DNA of 64,000 bases from an uncultured bacterium. Its GTDB lineage: Bacteria > Babelota > Babeliae > Babelales > Babelaceae. Numbering within the stretch: position 1 is the first letter of the stretch; every line of letters starts with the position of its first letter. The DNA lies in the NCBI GenBank assembly GCA_963848965.1, contig CAWKFG010000001.1, positions 448,001 through 512,000 of the forward strand, written 5' to 3'. The notes under the pieces were generated by a model. The model saw only the letters and a program-made list of their open reading frames with translations. It did no database searches and had not been told where the DNA came from. Positions 50,016 through 60,113 of this stretch are shown here, piece by piece. The position numbers and the translations under genes were made by a program.

Positions 50016-50897
50016 ATGAATAAAAGTATTTTTATGAGACTGTTTTTTGCTGGATTTCTTTCTTTTGCTTGTCTATCGCTTACTGCTATGGAGAGGCGGC
50101 CGGTAGTATATAAATATGATATAGAAGATTTTAAAAATAAATTTAAGCAAGCTTTAGAAAGTAACGACCTTTTAGCAGAAGCTCAACGGCTTATGCTTCT
50201 TTTGCCAATGCTTGAAAACCTTAAGGTATGGCAGGAGCTTACGCCAGCTATACAGGAGTATCCTATAACGTTCGAACTTTTAAAAAGAAAATTATCAAGG
50301 GCGGAGTTAAAAAAGTTACGAGATAATCTTTTGGCTAGCTGCCGTATGGTCTATGAATTGAAAGAGTATCTTCAGCGTTTTGAAGAATATGGCCGTCAGC
50401 ATATTAAAAGTCAACTCTTTCGTCCTTACTACGTTAAGCTTCTAGTTTTCTATGGTTTTTATATCTGTATTCTTTTTGTAATTAGATCTTATCTAGCTCA
50501 ATCACCTGTTGTTGAGTTAGAATGGGATTATAACGCAGGAATACAATCATTAATAGCGTCAGGACGTGCTCAAAAAGAAGATATCCCGTTATTGCAAGAA
50601 AAATATCAACAAGCATATCAACAACTTTTGCAAAGATTGAGTGATGAACAAGGTTCTCGTAATAATGCAGATTCTACTCTAGCCTTTACATCTGCATATA
50701 CGCAATTAGAAATCATAATTTTAGTGGTATTTAATGCGTTTGTGCACAGTGGCTATTTTAATGCTGCGTTTGCACCCCATGAGCAACGTTATAGGCAAAT
50801 TTATGACATTCTTGATACTGCAGTTAAGAAAGTAAAGAGTCTTGCTTATGATATAGAGGTTTATCTTAACATTGAAAGTGAAGATCTATATGAATAG
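50016..50897 (+). CDS. Hypothetical exported helical protein with two hydrophobic segments
   Basis: GAGG RBS before ATG 50016; signal peptide ending LTA-MER. Confidence 0.72.
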   Translation: MNKSIFMRLFFAGFLSFACLSLTAMERRPVVYKYDIEDFKNKFKQALESNDLLAEAQRLMLLLPMLENLKVWQELTPAIQEYPITFELLKRKLSRAELKKLRDNLLASCRMVYELKEYLQRFEEYGRQHIKSQLFRPYYVKLLVFYGFYICILFVIRSYLAQSPVVELEWDYNAGIQSLIASGRAQKEDIPLLQEKYQQAYQQLLQRLSDEQGSRNNADSTLAFTSAYTQLEIIILVVFNAFVHSGYFNAAFAPHEQRYRQIYDILDTAVKKVKSLAYDIEVYLNIESEDLYE

Positions 50898-51882
50898 TTT
50901 TATATACGCAGTATTACCACTTTTGCTTTTCGGTACCTTATCATATGGTATGGAACCTGATGTGTCTAATAATCAAAAAAGTTTTCCAGCGGGATTTCCT
51001 ATAGAGCTTAAGCACAACATTTTGAAAGCTCTGCCTGGTAATAGTCATATATTGAATACGCTTGTACGGTATGAAGAAGTAAAAATCACAGAGGAGCTTG
51101 CAGATAAAATAATTACAGCTTTTATATCTCATGCAAGAGATATTGCATCGATTCAGCAGTTTATTCGCTTCTTTACGACTGCTAAGTACAAAAAATTTAG
51201 TGAGGCTCTCGTTAATGCTTTTAAAAGGCTTAAAGCTAAAGGTAATCTTAAAATAGCTGTTTCAGATCCAAATCTTGCTCAATTTACAGCATTACTATCT
51301 ACCTGTGTTTATATCGATTTTAAGTACTTAAGTGAAAAATTAGGTCTAGATATATCGAGAGGAATACCAACTGTTCAACAGCTAAGTCCAGGAAATCAGG
51401 AAAAGCTTGCAAGAAGCATAACTCCTTATTGGTCTAATAAAGGGTTAGATATGTTAATTGCAACTCAAAAACAGTTGACTGAAGCTCTTACTTTGCTTAA
51501 CAGTCGTATTTCTTTGGACCAGACACTAGTAAGGCGTACTACGGTTAAATGGAAAGAAGATGTACGTCGTCATGTTATTGCGGCTAGCATCTGTTTAGCT
51601 CTCTATGCTTTTGAAACATTTCTATTACAGAGCAAGTACACAGGCCTTTCTGAAACTATGTGGTTAGTATTATCAGAAAACTTAGTAATGTTTTTTCGTC
51701 AGGGTACTCGGTTTGTATTTCTATTAAATGTGATTCCTTCTACTCCTGTAGCTTTCGACGCATCTGCTACTTATTATTCAAATGTAGCTGATGTACAACA
51801 AGCAATTGAGCTAGTAGAAAACTCACTTGAAAACTTAAGTAAGTTTATAAAGTTACTAAGTGATATCAAAAAAGTGGAATAA
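50890..51882 (+). CDS. Hypothetical exported helical protein with F-box-like start and hydrophobic segments
   Basis: Signal peptide SYG-MEP, FPIELKHNILKAL; start overlaps the upstream stop. Confidence 0.72.
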   Translation: MNSFIYAVLPLLLFGTLSYGMEPDVSNNQKSFPAGFPIELKHNILKALPGNSHILNTLVRYEEVKITEELADKIITAFISHARDIASIQQFIRFFTTAKYKKFSEALVNAFKRLKAKGNLKIAVSDPNLAQFTALLSTCVYIDFKYLSEKLGLDISRGIPTVQQLSPGNQEKLARSITPYWSNKGLDMLIATQKQLTEALTLLNSRISLDQTLVRRTTVKWKEDVRRHVIAASICLALYAFETFLLQSKYTGLSETMWLVLSENLVMFFRQGTRFVFLLNVIPSTPVAFDASATYYSNVADVQQAIELVENSLENLSKFIKLLSDIKKVE

Positions 51883-51976
51883 GAACAAAGGGTGCTCAGT
51901 TGCAATATTAACTTTGATTAATGTAGTATTTGGAAAAAGAGGACCATAGGTCCTCTTTCTGTATAGAGTAGTTTTT

Positions 51977-52405
51977 TTATGCAGGAACTTGTGTAACGTT
52001 TCCGGCAGAGTCAATAACAACGTTTATATTTGTACTTGCTGAAATTGGTCCACTGGTACTGTTAGTTAAAAAGCTTGAACGACCATCGTTAGTCAGTACA
52101 CTTGTTCTTACACCAGCTGATGTTGCAACGTCAATAGTTACTCCGGGACGTTCGTCTGAGTAACTAGGATTGATGGTTTGGAAATCTTCAGCTGGAGTTA
52201 CAGTTGTTTGTGGAGGAACAACAAACCATCCATGAATTCCTAATACAGAGTTTGTAAAAAATTTATTTACTTTAGATGCTGTGGTAGAAAATTTTGCATG
52301 ATAAGGGCTGTTGTTAATAATGTTTTTAATATGATTAGCTGCAGCTTCAACTTGACTAATCGCAAACAAAGATGCAATTGCTAGGAAAATGGTATATTTT
52401 TTCAT
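51977..52405 (-). CDS. Small exported beta-rich protein
   Basis: AAGGAG RBS, signal peptide ending VEA, downstream hairpin 51935-51958. Confidence 0.75.
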   Translation of the reverse strand: MKKYTIFLAIASLFAISQVEAAANHIKNIINNSPYHAKFSTTASKVNKFFTNSVLGIHGWFVVPPQTTVTPAEDFQTINPSYSDERPGVTIDVATSAGVRTSVLTNDGRSSFLTNSTSGPISASTNINVVIDSAGNVTQVPA

Positions 52406-52680
52406 GAAGTACTCCTTAATAGTTAGTATTATTCTTGTTTCTACATGAAATTATAACAGTATGCCGCTCTTTTTTTCAATAATAATTATATTAAAAATCT
52501 GTGGTCTAAAAGAATTATTAAAAAAGTTATAGCCTATAAAAAAGGTTAAGTAGGAGCTCTAAAAAATTATTCTTCCGTTTATAAGCAGGGAAAAAGTTGC
52601 AGGTAATTCTACAAGAATGCTTGAAGAATGAGTTCCTTTTGGTATATGCTGGCGATAATTTTACTAAGAGGGAGTAGTAT

Positions 52681-53616
52681 ATGTTTGAAGTTACTGTCAA
52701 TGAAAATGCATTACGAGACGTACGCACGTTAGAAGGATATATTCCTCTTTTCTTAAAATCACTTGATATACGCCAATCGTCGAAAAATACTTATGAACGG
52801 CAATTACAGGAGTTCTTTTTGTGGCTTAACCAGCAGCAGGTTTCATTTCCTGCTCGAGAAGATCTTCTTTCGTATAAAGAATACTTGAAAAATGAAAAAG
52901 AGCTGGCAGCATTTACTGTAAGTGGCTATTTGACGGCAGTACGAAGACTTTTTGAGTGGCTTGAAGCTACAAAGGTATATCCTAACATTGCCAAAGGTAT
53001 TAAGGGTCTCAAGCGTAGACGAGGATTCAAAAAAGATGCTCTTACGGTAGACCAAGTGAAACATCTCTTGCGTTCTATTGATCAAAGTACATTATCGGGC
53101 AAACGTGACTATGCAATACTCAATCTTATGATTAGAACTGGGTTGCGTACTATAGAAGTAGTGCGTGCAAATAGAGAAGATATTAGTCGTCAAGGTGGAG
53201 AAACAGTGCTTTTTATTCATGGCAAAGGGCGTGATGGTAAAGATGAGATAGTAGTACTTACAGAAAATACCTTACAGCCTATTAAAGCTTATATGCAAGC
53301 ACGAGGCAGAGTACGAGATGAAGATCCTCTTTTTGCTTCACATAGTACGAAAAACAAGGGAAAACGATTAACAACACGTTCTGTATCCCGTATTGTAAAG
53401 AATAGGTTAAGAGATATAGATCTTGATGATGGGCGACTAACAGCACATAGCTTGCGCCATACTGCAATAACGTTGAGCCTTCTTGCAGGAGCAACGCCAC
53501 AAGAAGCACGTGCAATGGCGCGCCACTCAGATATTAATACAACACTCGTGTATGCCCATAATATTAATCGAATTAAACAAGCTCCTGAGCGTAAAATAGA
53601 TTCATTCTTAGAGTAG
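52681..53616 (+). CDS. Tyrosine recombinase (XerC/D-integrase family)
   Basis: RDYA...TGLR..E, GKG, HSLRH, RHS...T.VY catalytic set; N-terminal SAM-like region. Confidence 0.93.
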   Translation: MFEVTVNENALRDVRTLEGYIPLFLKSLDIRQSSKNTYERQLQEFFLWLNQQQVSFPAREDLLSYKEYLKNEKELAAFTVSGYLTAVRRLFEWLEATKVYPNIAKGIKGLKRRRGFKKDALTVDQVKHLLRSIDQSTLSGKRDYAILNLMIRTGLRTIEVVRANREDISRQGGETVLFIHGKGRDGKDEIVVLTENTLQPIKAYMQARGRVRDEDPLFASHSTKNKGKRLTTRSVSRIVKNRLRDIDLDDGRLTAHSLRHTAITLSLLAGATPQEARAMARHSDINTTLVYAHNINRIKQAPERKIDSFLE

Positions 53617-53741
53617 AAAACGTAGATAGGTAAGGTATAGTTCACTTGCTAATTTTTCAAAAAAGCGTATAATAAATAAGGGGACATATCTCATCTTATC
53701 TAGAAAATAATATAATCTAATTTTTGTAGAAAGGCACTCTT

Positions 53742-54515
53742 ATGGCTACTGTTTCAAAAAGCAAACAGAGTAGTACTCTTGTGCAATGGGACGATATAAA
53801 CTTCTTAAGAAACACTGTTGCACAAGGAGCAACTGATGAAGAGCTTAAAATGCTCTTATATCTCTCTAAAGAATATGGTTTAGATCCTCTTAAAAAAGAG
53901 ATTTACTTTATTAAGTATGGCGGAAAATCAACTATTATTACCAGTAGAGATGGGTACCTCAAGATAGCTAATAGCAATCAAAACTTTGATGGTCTTGAAA
54001 GTGATGTAGTTTATCAAGGAGATAAGCTCTCTAAGCGTGAAGATGGAAGTATTCATATTGAATATTCAGAAGCACATCTTGCATTTGATAAATCAAAGTT
54101 AACTGGAGCATTTTGTAGTGTTTTTAGAAAAGATCGTGCTAAAGCAACGACGGTTTTTGTAAGTATCAAAGATTATTACAAAAAAAGTGCCCCTATTTGG
54201 GAGCAATATATTAATGCTATGATTCTTAAAGTAGCTGAAGCTATGGCACTCAAGCGTGCATTTGCTATTAGTGGATTAGTAACACGAGAAGAAATTGAAA
54301 AAGAAGGCTTTGAATTGGATGTAGAGGTTGATACTCTTGAAGAAAAGATGGCAACAGAAGCCCAACGCAAAGCAGTATTTAGTAGTGCTCACAGTAAGAA
54401 CGTCTCTGAAGATGCTCTTAAGCAGTTGTTGCTTAAGAATTTTAATAAAAGTACTACAAAAGAGCTTACGCAAGAAGAAGCTTCCCACCTTATTGCAATT
54501 CTTAATTCACTATAA
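53742..54515 (+). CDS. bet: Phage-type single-strand annealing protein (Bet/RecT family)
   Basis: AT..EL..L......GLDP.KKEIYFIK, DGYLKIA....FDG, W.....MI.KVAE..ALKRAF. Confidence 0.85.
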   Translation: MATVSKSKQSSTLVQWDDINFLRNTVAQGATDEELKMLLYLSKEYGLDPLKKEIYFIKYGGKSTIITSRDGYLKIANSNQNFDGLESDVVYQGDKLSKREDGSIHIEYSEAHLAFDKSKLTGAFCSVFRKDRAKATTVFVSIKDYYKKSAPIWEQYINAMILKVAEAMALKRAFAISGLVTREEIEKEGFELDVEVDTLEEKMATEAQRKAVFSSAHSKNVSEDALKQLLLKNFNKSTTKELTQEEASHLIAILNSL

Positions 54516-54603
54516 GTATCTGAGTCCCTCAATATGAGGGACTTTCTTATTTCTCTTGCTATTGTTGCCCAAATATTTTTATTTTAAAAGTAAGGGGGGA
54601 ACT

Positions 54604-55143
54604 ATGACAGAGTATGTAAGAGAGCTTTTTTTATCACTTTTAAAACCAACAACCGAGAGTTTGAGTATTGCACAAATGAGCTTGCGAGCAGCACTCATTT
54701 ATCTGCTTACACTCATTTTTATTCGCCTTGGCAAAAGGCGCTTTTTAGCTCGTCCTACCCCTTTTGATGTTATACTATGGCTTGTATTTGGCTCTGTTAT
54801 AAGTAGGTCTATCAATGGTAATGCTCCTTTACTCCCTACGATAGGAGCTGCTGCAATTCTTATTATATTGCATTTTATCTTTTCTATTCTTTCTTATTAT
54901 TCAAGCCGTATTGGGGCACTTGTCAAGGGGACTCCTGTAGTCCTTATTAGAGAAGGCGAAATACAATGGACTGCTATGAAAAAGCATGGTATTACAGAGC
55001 ACGATCTTTTGAGTGCTTTAAGACGTAATGCACAAATACTGAATCCTCGAGAGGTAGAGCTTGCTATGCTTGAGCGCAGCGGAGAAATAAGTGTTATCCC
55101 TTTCAAGAATACTAATTCGTGCGTTCATGTATGTAAAGATTAG
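54604..55143 (+). CDS. DUF421/YetF-family membrane protein
   Basis: R.GK.R......FD, G.P..LI..G.I, DL..ALR, A.LE.SG.ISV. Confidence 0.88.
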   Translation: MTEYVRELFLSLLKPTTESLSIAQMSLRAALIYLLTLIFIRLGKRRFLARPTPFDVILWLVFGSVISRSINGNAPLLPTIGAAAILIILHFIFSILSYYSSRIGALVKGTPVVLIREGEIQWTAMKKHGITEHDLLSALRRNAQILNPREVELAMLERSGEISVIPFKNTNSCVHVCKD

Positions 55144-56444
55144 CTTTGTGCTTCATAACAAAGCATGACAGGAAGTTGTTCCTTATCTGTCCCATAGCCT
55201 CTTTTTGCAATTGCTTTTATCTCTTCAATTGGTATGGGTTTTATCTGGGTATCGTTGCAGAAATACCATTGATTATTATGAAGGACATAAGAAGTATAGT
55301 GACCTCCTTCTGCGCTTCCTGAGTGAATAAGAATTGCTTTAAGCCTATAGAGGGGAAAATGCATACTTTTATCACTGTATTTAGCGAGATCTAAATCTTG
55401 CCAAGGAAATGAAATAGGCCTTAAAATTCGTTTATAACTTTTAGAAGTAAGATCGTATACTTTTCTTTTAAGTCCAATAAAAAAATAATGCCCGGTTTTA
55501 TGCAATACTGTAACGCGAGGCTGTGTTTCAGATTCATATTCTACTTCTTCGAGTTCAAAGAAAGTATCAAGACAATCAGTTAGATGGTTGCAGTCTTGTA
55601 TGGTAAGACTAAGCATCAGGTGTTCTTCTGGTTGAAACTTGTGTCCTATACGTTGAGGATGAAGCTCAATAGAGAATAACGACTTTACTTCTAGATGTTC
55701 TTTGTCTTTTGTTTTTTCTCGGTTGATATCTTCAGTAATAATACAATCGAGAAGCATTTGAATAAATTCAACAGCATCTTGTTGTGAACCTGAAGGCCGT
55801 TGTAAATTTTTCCATCCTATAAGGCACAGCGGTAACAGGTCTACATAAGGTTCTGATGATCGTGTAATAAGACGAATAAACTGTATATAAAGATCTGCGA
55901 TACTTAACGGTTTGTAATAATTAGTATCCTCTTTTTTTAAAAGAGCCTCGTTAAAGTGTGATAATACATACATACTTTGTAATGCTGCATTCATAAAACA
56001 GCGATTGCCGGACTCTTTTGAACTAGGATTCAAAAAACCGCGTAGGGCTGCTGGACGTGCTATTTTTCCCACGCGTTCAATGTCCTTTAGCAGTTCTTCT
56101 AGCATCATGTTTCCAAATTGCTCAAGAGAAAGTTCTCCATACAGAGGGCTAATAATCTTTTCTTTTTTATATTCTTTATCTCGAGTAAATGCTTTAATGT
56201 ACTCAAGTTGTTGTAGTATTTGTTTGAGATCCTCTGAGTTTTTGGAGGAAGCTAAAAGGTCTTGGATACCCATAAGGAATCCTCGAGTGAGAGTTATGCC
56301 TTCAGTTTTTTGAGGTAAATTATGTATAAGATTTTCTATATGGGATCTAAGCTCTTGGTATGGTTCTACATTCATACTATAGAGAGGTATATATCCCAGA
56401 AAGACTGTTACGAGAAAGGATTTTAGCAAAGTTGTTATGTTCAT
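55140..56444 (-). CDS. Exported ubiquitin-specific protease (USP, peptidase C19)
   Basis: Cys box GNRCFMNAALQ, QQDAVEF, LKR, His box YRLKAILIHSG...GGHY...WYFCND; signal peptide. Confidence 0.92.
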   Translation of the reverse strand: MNITTLLKSFLVTVFLGYIPLYSMNVEPYQELRSHIENLIHNLPQKTEGITLTRGFLMGIQDLLASSKNSEDLKQILQQLEYIKAFTRDKEYKKEKIISPLYGELSLEQFGNMMLEELLKDIERVGKIARPAALRGFLNPSSKESGNRCFMNAALQSMYVLSHFNEALLKKEDTNYYKPLSIADLYIQFIRLITRSSEPYVDLLPLCLIGWKNLQRPSGSQQDAVEFIQMLLDCIITEDINREKTKDKEHLEVKSLFSIELHPQRIGHKFQPEEHLMLSLTIQDCNHLTDCLDTFFELEEVEYESETQPRVTVLHKTGHYFFIGLKRKVYDLTSKSYKRILRPISFPWQDLDLAKYSDKSMHFPLYRLKAILIHSGSAEGGHYTSYVLHNNQWYFCNDTQIKPIPIEEIKAIAKRGYGTDKEQLPVMLCYEAQS

Positions 56445-56536
56445 ATATTTTCTCCCCACCATCTGTTAACTTTTTTGTTTATTTGTAATTATAATATAAA
56501 ATGGAATGAATAGCAAGGCAAGTAAAGGATTGTAAA

Positions 56537-56812
56537 ATGGTAAAAAATAAGAAAAGCTGGGTACAACATATTCAAGAAACTTCGAATGCTATGGATATTC
56601 CGGTAGGGCTCTTTACTCGTTCAGCAAAAGATGTTGCTTTAGGATTACAAAGAGCAGTACTCGAAAGTAATCGTACAAAGGGAACAAAGTTTCAATCGGC
56701 TATGTCTATGCTTAATTTTTATATTAACAGAGCAGGAAGAAGTTTACCTGATAAAGTTAAAAAACAACTTGAACAGGCTAAAAAGGAGCTCAGAAAGCTC
56801 TTTGGCAAATGA
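56537..56812 (+). CDS. DUF3175-family small protein
   Basis: ETSNA.D...G.FT, FQSAMSMLNFYINRAG, LEQAK.ELR.LF. Confidence 0.85.
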   Translation: MVKNKKSWVQHIQETSNAMDIPVGLFTRSAKDVALGLQRAVLESNRTKGTKFQSAMSMLNFYINRAGRSLPDKVKKQLEQAKKELRKLFGK

Positions 56813-56951
56813 GAGCTAGGGCATCTCTCGTGGCATAATTATTTGGTGAAGTTAAAATTTAATAGAAATCATTGATTTTATAACGTGTTTTACAATAAAA
56901 TTTCTATAATGAATAATCTAATTGATATAACATTATATTTAAGGAGATGCT

Positions 56952-57570
56952 ATGAAATTAAGAAATCTTATTGTACTAGCGATCGTCCTTCTCGGAGGAG
57001 CTTTAGAATTAGAAGCTCGTAACGGTAGAGGCGGACGTGGCGGTGGAGGTCGTGGTTTCCATGGAGGTGGACGCGGTTTCAGGTGGCGGAGGACGTTTCC
57101 ATGGCGGAGGACGTTTCCATGGTGGAGGACGCTTCCATGGGAGAGGTTTCCACGGTGGACGCTGGGGCGGCAGATGGGGTCATGGACGCTGGGGCGGTCG
57201 AGGCGGACGCTGGGGTGGCTTTTATCCAGGCTACTACAGCAGCTACTATCCAAGCTATTATACTGCCGATTATTATCCAACTACAACATATGTAGCAGAA
57301 GATTATTATCCATCAGATGAATACTATACAACTTCTTATGCATATCCATCTTATTATAGTTCATATTACTATCCATCATACGGCTACTATCCAGGATACT
57401 ATGGAAGCTGGGGCCGTTGGGGTGGCAGATGGGGTGGCGGACGCTGGGGCCACGGTAGATGGGGTCATGGACGCTGGGGCGGTCGAGGCGGACGCTGGGG
57501 TGGCAGAGGACACTTCGGTGGTCGCGGTGGATTCCGTGGTGGATTCCGCGGTGGTCGTGGCAGACGATAA
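56952..57570 (+). CDS. Exported Gly/Arg-rich and Tyr/Ser-rich low-complexity protein, frameshift near 57081
   Basis: AAGGAG RBS and signal peptide in frame 56952; GGGRFH/GRWGG repeats and the Tyr-rich core continue in frame 57037; terminator hairpin 57582-57607. Confidence 0.75.
57050..57560 (+). repeat. Short tandem GC-rich coding repeats
   Basis: 18-nt unit GG(T/C)GGAGGACG(T/C)TTCCAT x3; block AGATGGGGTCATGGACGCTGGGGCGGTCGAGGCGGACGCTGGGGTGGC duplicated (about 57172 and 57457). Confidence 0.8.
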
Positions 57571-57645
57571 CAACAAATAAAGTAAGAGCCTCATGCGAGG
57601 CTCTTATTAGTTTTTGACAGTACTGCTGATTAGGTCAGTGGTACT

Positions 57646-57963
57646 TTACTTTTTTAAAGACTGTGTAACAAATTGAAAATAGGGCTCGTAAGCTTGTGTG
57701 CTGAAAGCAGTAATACACGGTACTGTATATGGATGCAAATTTTTTACCTCTGCCTGTACTTGTTTATACAACAATGGTGTAGTTTTTACGAGGAAAGCTG
57801 TTTCTGTAGCTGATTCGATTTTGTTTTCCCACCAATAAAGACTTTTATGAGAAGCAAAAATATTGGCACATGCGATGAGATTCTTTTCAAGAAGGTGCTG
57901 TGCTAGAGAACGTGCATTCTCTTCTGAAGACGTTGTAATATACACAAAGAGTATCTCATTCAT
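57646..57963 (-). CDS. cutA: Divalent-cation tolerance protein CutA
   Basis: LIACANI, S.YWWE.KI, KT, HPY.VPCI. Confidence 0.92.
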   Translation of the reverse strand: MNEILFVYITTSSEENARSLAQHLLEKNLIACANIFASHKSLYWWENKIESATETAFLVKTTPLLYKQVQAEVKNLHPYTVPCITAFSTQAYEPYFQFVTQSLKK

Positions 57964-59300
57964 GAATGGTCCCTTTCAAATTCTTTAACGAGTGAAACAA
58001 ATCTTTCTCCTCGCTCTTCATAATGTGCAAAGAGGTCATAACTTGCTCCCGAAGGAGAAAAAAGTACAATATCATCTTTTTGTGCTTGTTGTATACATGC
58101 TTTAAATGACTCTTCAAGTGTTACATGCTTATAGGCAGGTATTTCTTGTGTAGCACATTCATTATACAGAGCCTGTGCTTCTGCGCCAAAACAGAATATA
58201 CGGACTACTTTGTTCTTAAGAGAAGTAATAAGACTTTTTCTATCAACGCCCTTGCTGATACCTCCTAAAAAGAGATTAATCGGTTTTCCTTGGCACTGCT
58301 GTACGGCTGCTTGTGTTGCTTGGGCAATTGTTGCTTTAGAATCGTTATAAAAAGTTATTCCTTTTATAGTTCCTAAGCAATGTAATCTATGCTGAGGAAG
58401 TGATAAAGCAGAAAAATAAGAGCATAGTTCTAGAGGTATGCCAAGTATATCGAGTGCAGCGCATATAATGAGCCAATTAACTGGATAAGAAAGAGCAGGA
58501 AGTTGGGTTGTAGCTATAAGATTGCTGGTTATACCATTTTTATAGACAGCAATATAACTGTCTTGAAAGAAATAAACAGGACTTGCTGTTTGTAAAAGTG
58601 GTCTTACTTCAGCAAAAAAGTACACCTGAGCCTTGTAATTCTTGTAAGATTCTATGTTTTCTTTCAGTTGCCAGGGTATTAATGCTTTTTGGTGGGTCTT
58701 CTGATGTTTAAGAAGATTGTATTTTGCTTTAAAATATTCTTCTAACGAGCCATGTCTATCAAGATGGTTAGGATAAAAGTTTGTCCAAATAGCAAGATCT
58801 GGAGCAAATGTTTTACATTTTTCTAATTGGAAGCTTGAGAGCTCTAAGAGAGCGCCCTGTACTATCTCTTGCGTAGGTAAAAGGTCGAGCATGCCAGTGC
58901 CTATATTGCCTCCAGTACTATATGCAAGGCCGAGAGATTCAAAAATTTTTGAAAGAAGATGAACAACAGATGTTTTTCCTATAGTTCCCGTAACTGCTAT
59001 AATTGGTTTTTTCCAATATTCATAGAAAATATCGAGCTCTGGTAGCCATTTATGTTCATATGCGTAGTAGTTTGTAAGATTGATACCAGGGCTTGGGACG
59101 ATACGCTCATTTCTTTCAAGAAAAGAAGAAAGTTCTTGTGGTGGGACAAAAGAAGCTTCATGATTTTCAAGAAAGAGAAGTTCTTCTTGTGTAGGCATCC
59201 GTTTATCAGTAACTTCAATCATATGTCCATAGTGGTGAAAGTGCCGAATAGCTGCTTTACCTACTACGCCGAGTCCCCAAACGCCAATTTTTTGTTTCAT
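57960..59300 (-). CDS. murD: UDP-N-acetylmuramoyl-L-alanine--D-glutamate ligase
   Basis: SPGI, VTGT.GKT, GGNIG, LELSSFQL, HLDRHG, NDSKAT, LFSP..ASYD.F..YEERG. Confidence 0.95.
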   Translation of the reverse strand: MKQKIGVWGLGVVGKAAIRHFHHYGHMIEVTDKRMPTQEELLFLENHEASFVPPQELSSFLERNERIVPSPGINLTNYYAYEHKWLPELDIFYEYWKKPIIAVTGTIGKTSVVHLLSKIFESLGLAYSTGGNIGTGMLDLLPTQEIVQGALLELSSFQLEKCKTFAPDLAIWTNFYPNHLDRHGSLEEYFKAKYNLLKHQKTHQKALIPWQLKENIESYKNYKAQVYFFAEVRPLLQTASPVYFFQDSYIAVYKNGITSNLIATTQLPALSYPVNWLIICAALDILGIPLELCSYFSALSLPQHRLHCLGTIKGITFYNDSKATIAQATQAAVQQCQGKPINLFLGGISKGVDRKSLITSLKNKVVRIFCFGAEAQALYNECATQEIPAYKHVTLEESFKACIQQAQKDDIVLFSPSGASYDLFAHYEERGERFVSLVKEFERDHS

Positions 59301-59563
59301 GTGATTTTTGATGCTAAAGTGAATCTAATCTGTATAAAGAAATCTTATAAGTATTTACCTATTTTAGAACAAGCCCTACAAATAGATGAAAACTTACAGC
59401 TCTTGTATCAGAATAGGCAAAATAAGGATTTTGTGCAAGAGGTATACTGCTTCTTCTCCTTATCAGAGAGATAAAATAAAAAGACAAAAACAACGCTTGC
59501 TATTTTTGTTCTTTTTGATGTACCTTCTTCAAGAATTGAGTATATCAAAAAGGAGTAGTGCAT

Positions 59564-60103
59564 ATGAGCATAAGGAATTATATAGGAGTGGTTATGTGTA
59601 GTGCCTCAGTGCTAGCGGGTGAAAGTGAGTTAAAAATTACTTCTTCTTCATTTAATCATGGCAGTTCTATTCCAATGACATTTTCATGTGAAGGAGCTAA
59701 TAAGCCTCCAGCGCTTTCGTGGACAGGAGTGCCCAAAGAGGCTAAGTCTCTTGTGCTTATTGTTGATGATCCTGATGCACCTCATCAACCACAACCATGG
59801 GTCCATTGGGTTGTATTTAATATACCTCCGTCAGTAAAAGGTTTTAGAGCTCCTTTAGATGATAGAGAAAAGCTTGCAGATGGTACCATGCAAGGGAAAA
59901 ACACTTCAAATAAGATTGGCTATGATGGACCATGTCCGCCACATGGCAACCCGCCTCATCGCTATTTTTTTAAGCTTTATGCGTTAGGTATAATGTTGCC
60001 TTTAAAGCCAGGAGCCACAAAAGAGGAAGTAGTAAAGGCAATGCAGGGCCATATTCTTGCTCAAGCAGAGCTTATGGGTACCTATCAACGTAGTAAGAAA
60101 TAA
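59564..60103 (+). CDS. YbhB/YbcL family (PEBP/RKIP-like) protein
   Basis: DDPDAP..PWVHWV, YDGPCPP...HRYFFKLYAL. Confidence 0.92.
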   Translation: MSIRNYIGVVMCSASVLAGESELKITSSSFNHGSSIPMTFSCEGANKPPALSWTGVPKEAKSLVLIVDDPDAPHQPQPWVHWVVFNIPPSVKGFRAPLDDREKLADGTMQGKNTSNKIGYDGPCPPHGNPPHRYFFKLYALGIMLPLKPGATKEEVVKAMQGHILAQAELMGTYQRSKK

Positions 60104-60113
60104 TTACGATAGC

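Noticed and set aside
57050..57560. Repeats as a CRISPR array
   Set aside because: Units are codon-phased Gly/Arg repeats without unique spacers, and no cas genes are present.
52500..57600. Prophage
   Set aside because: No capsid, terminase, tail or replication genes and no att repeats identified.
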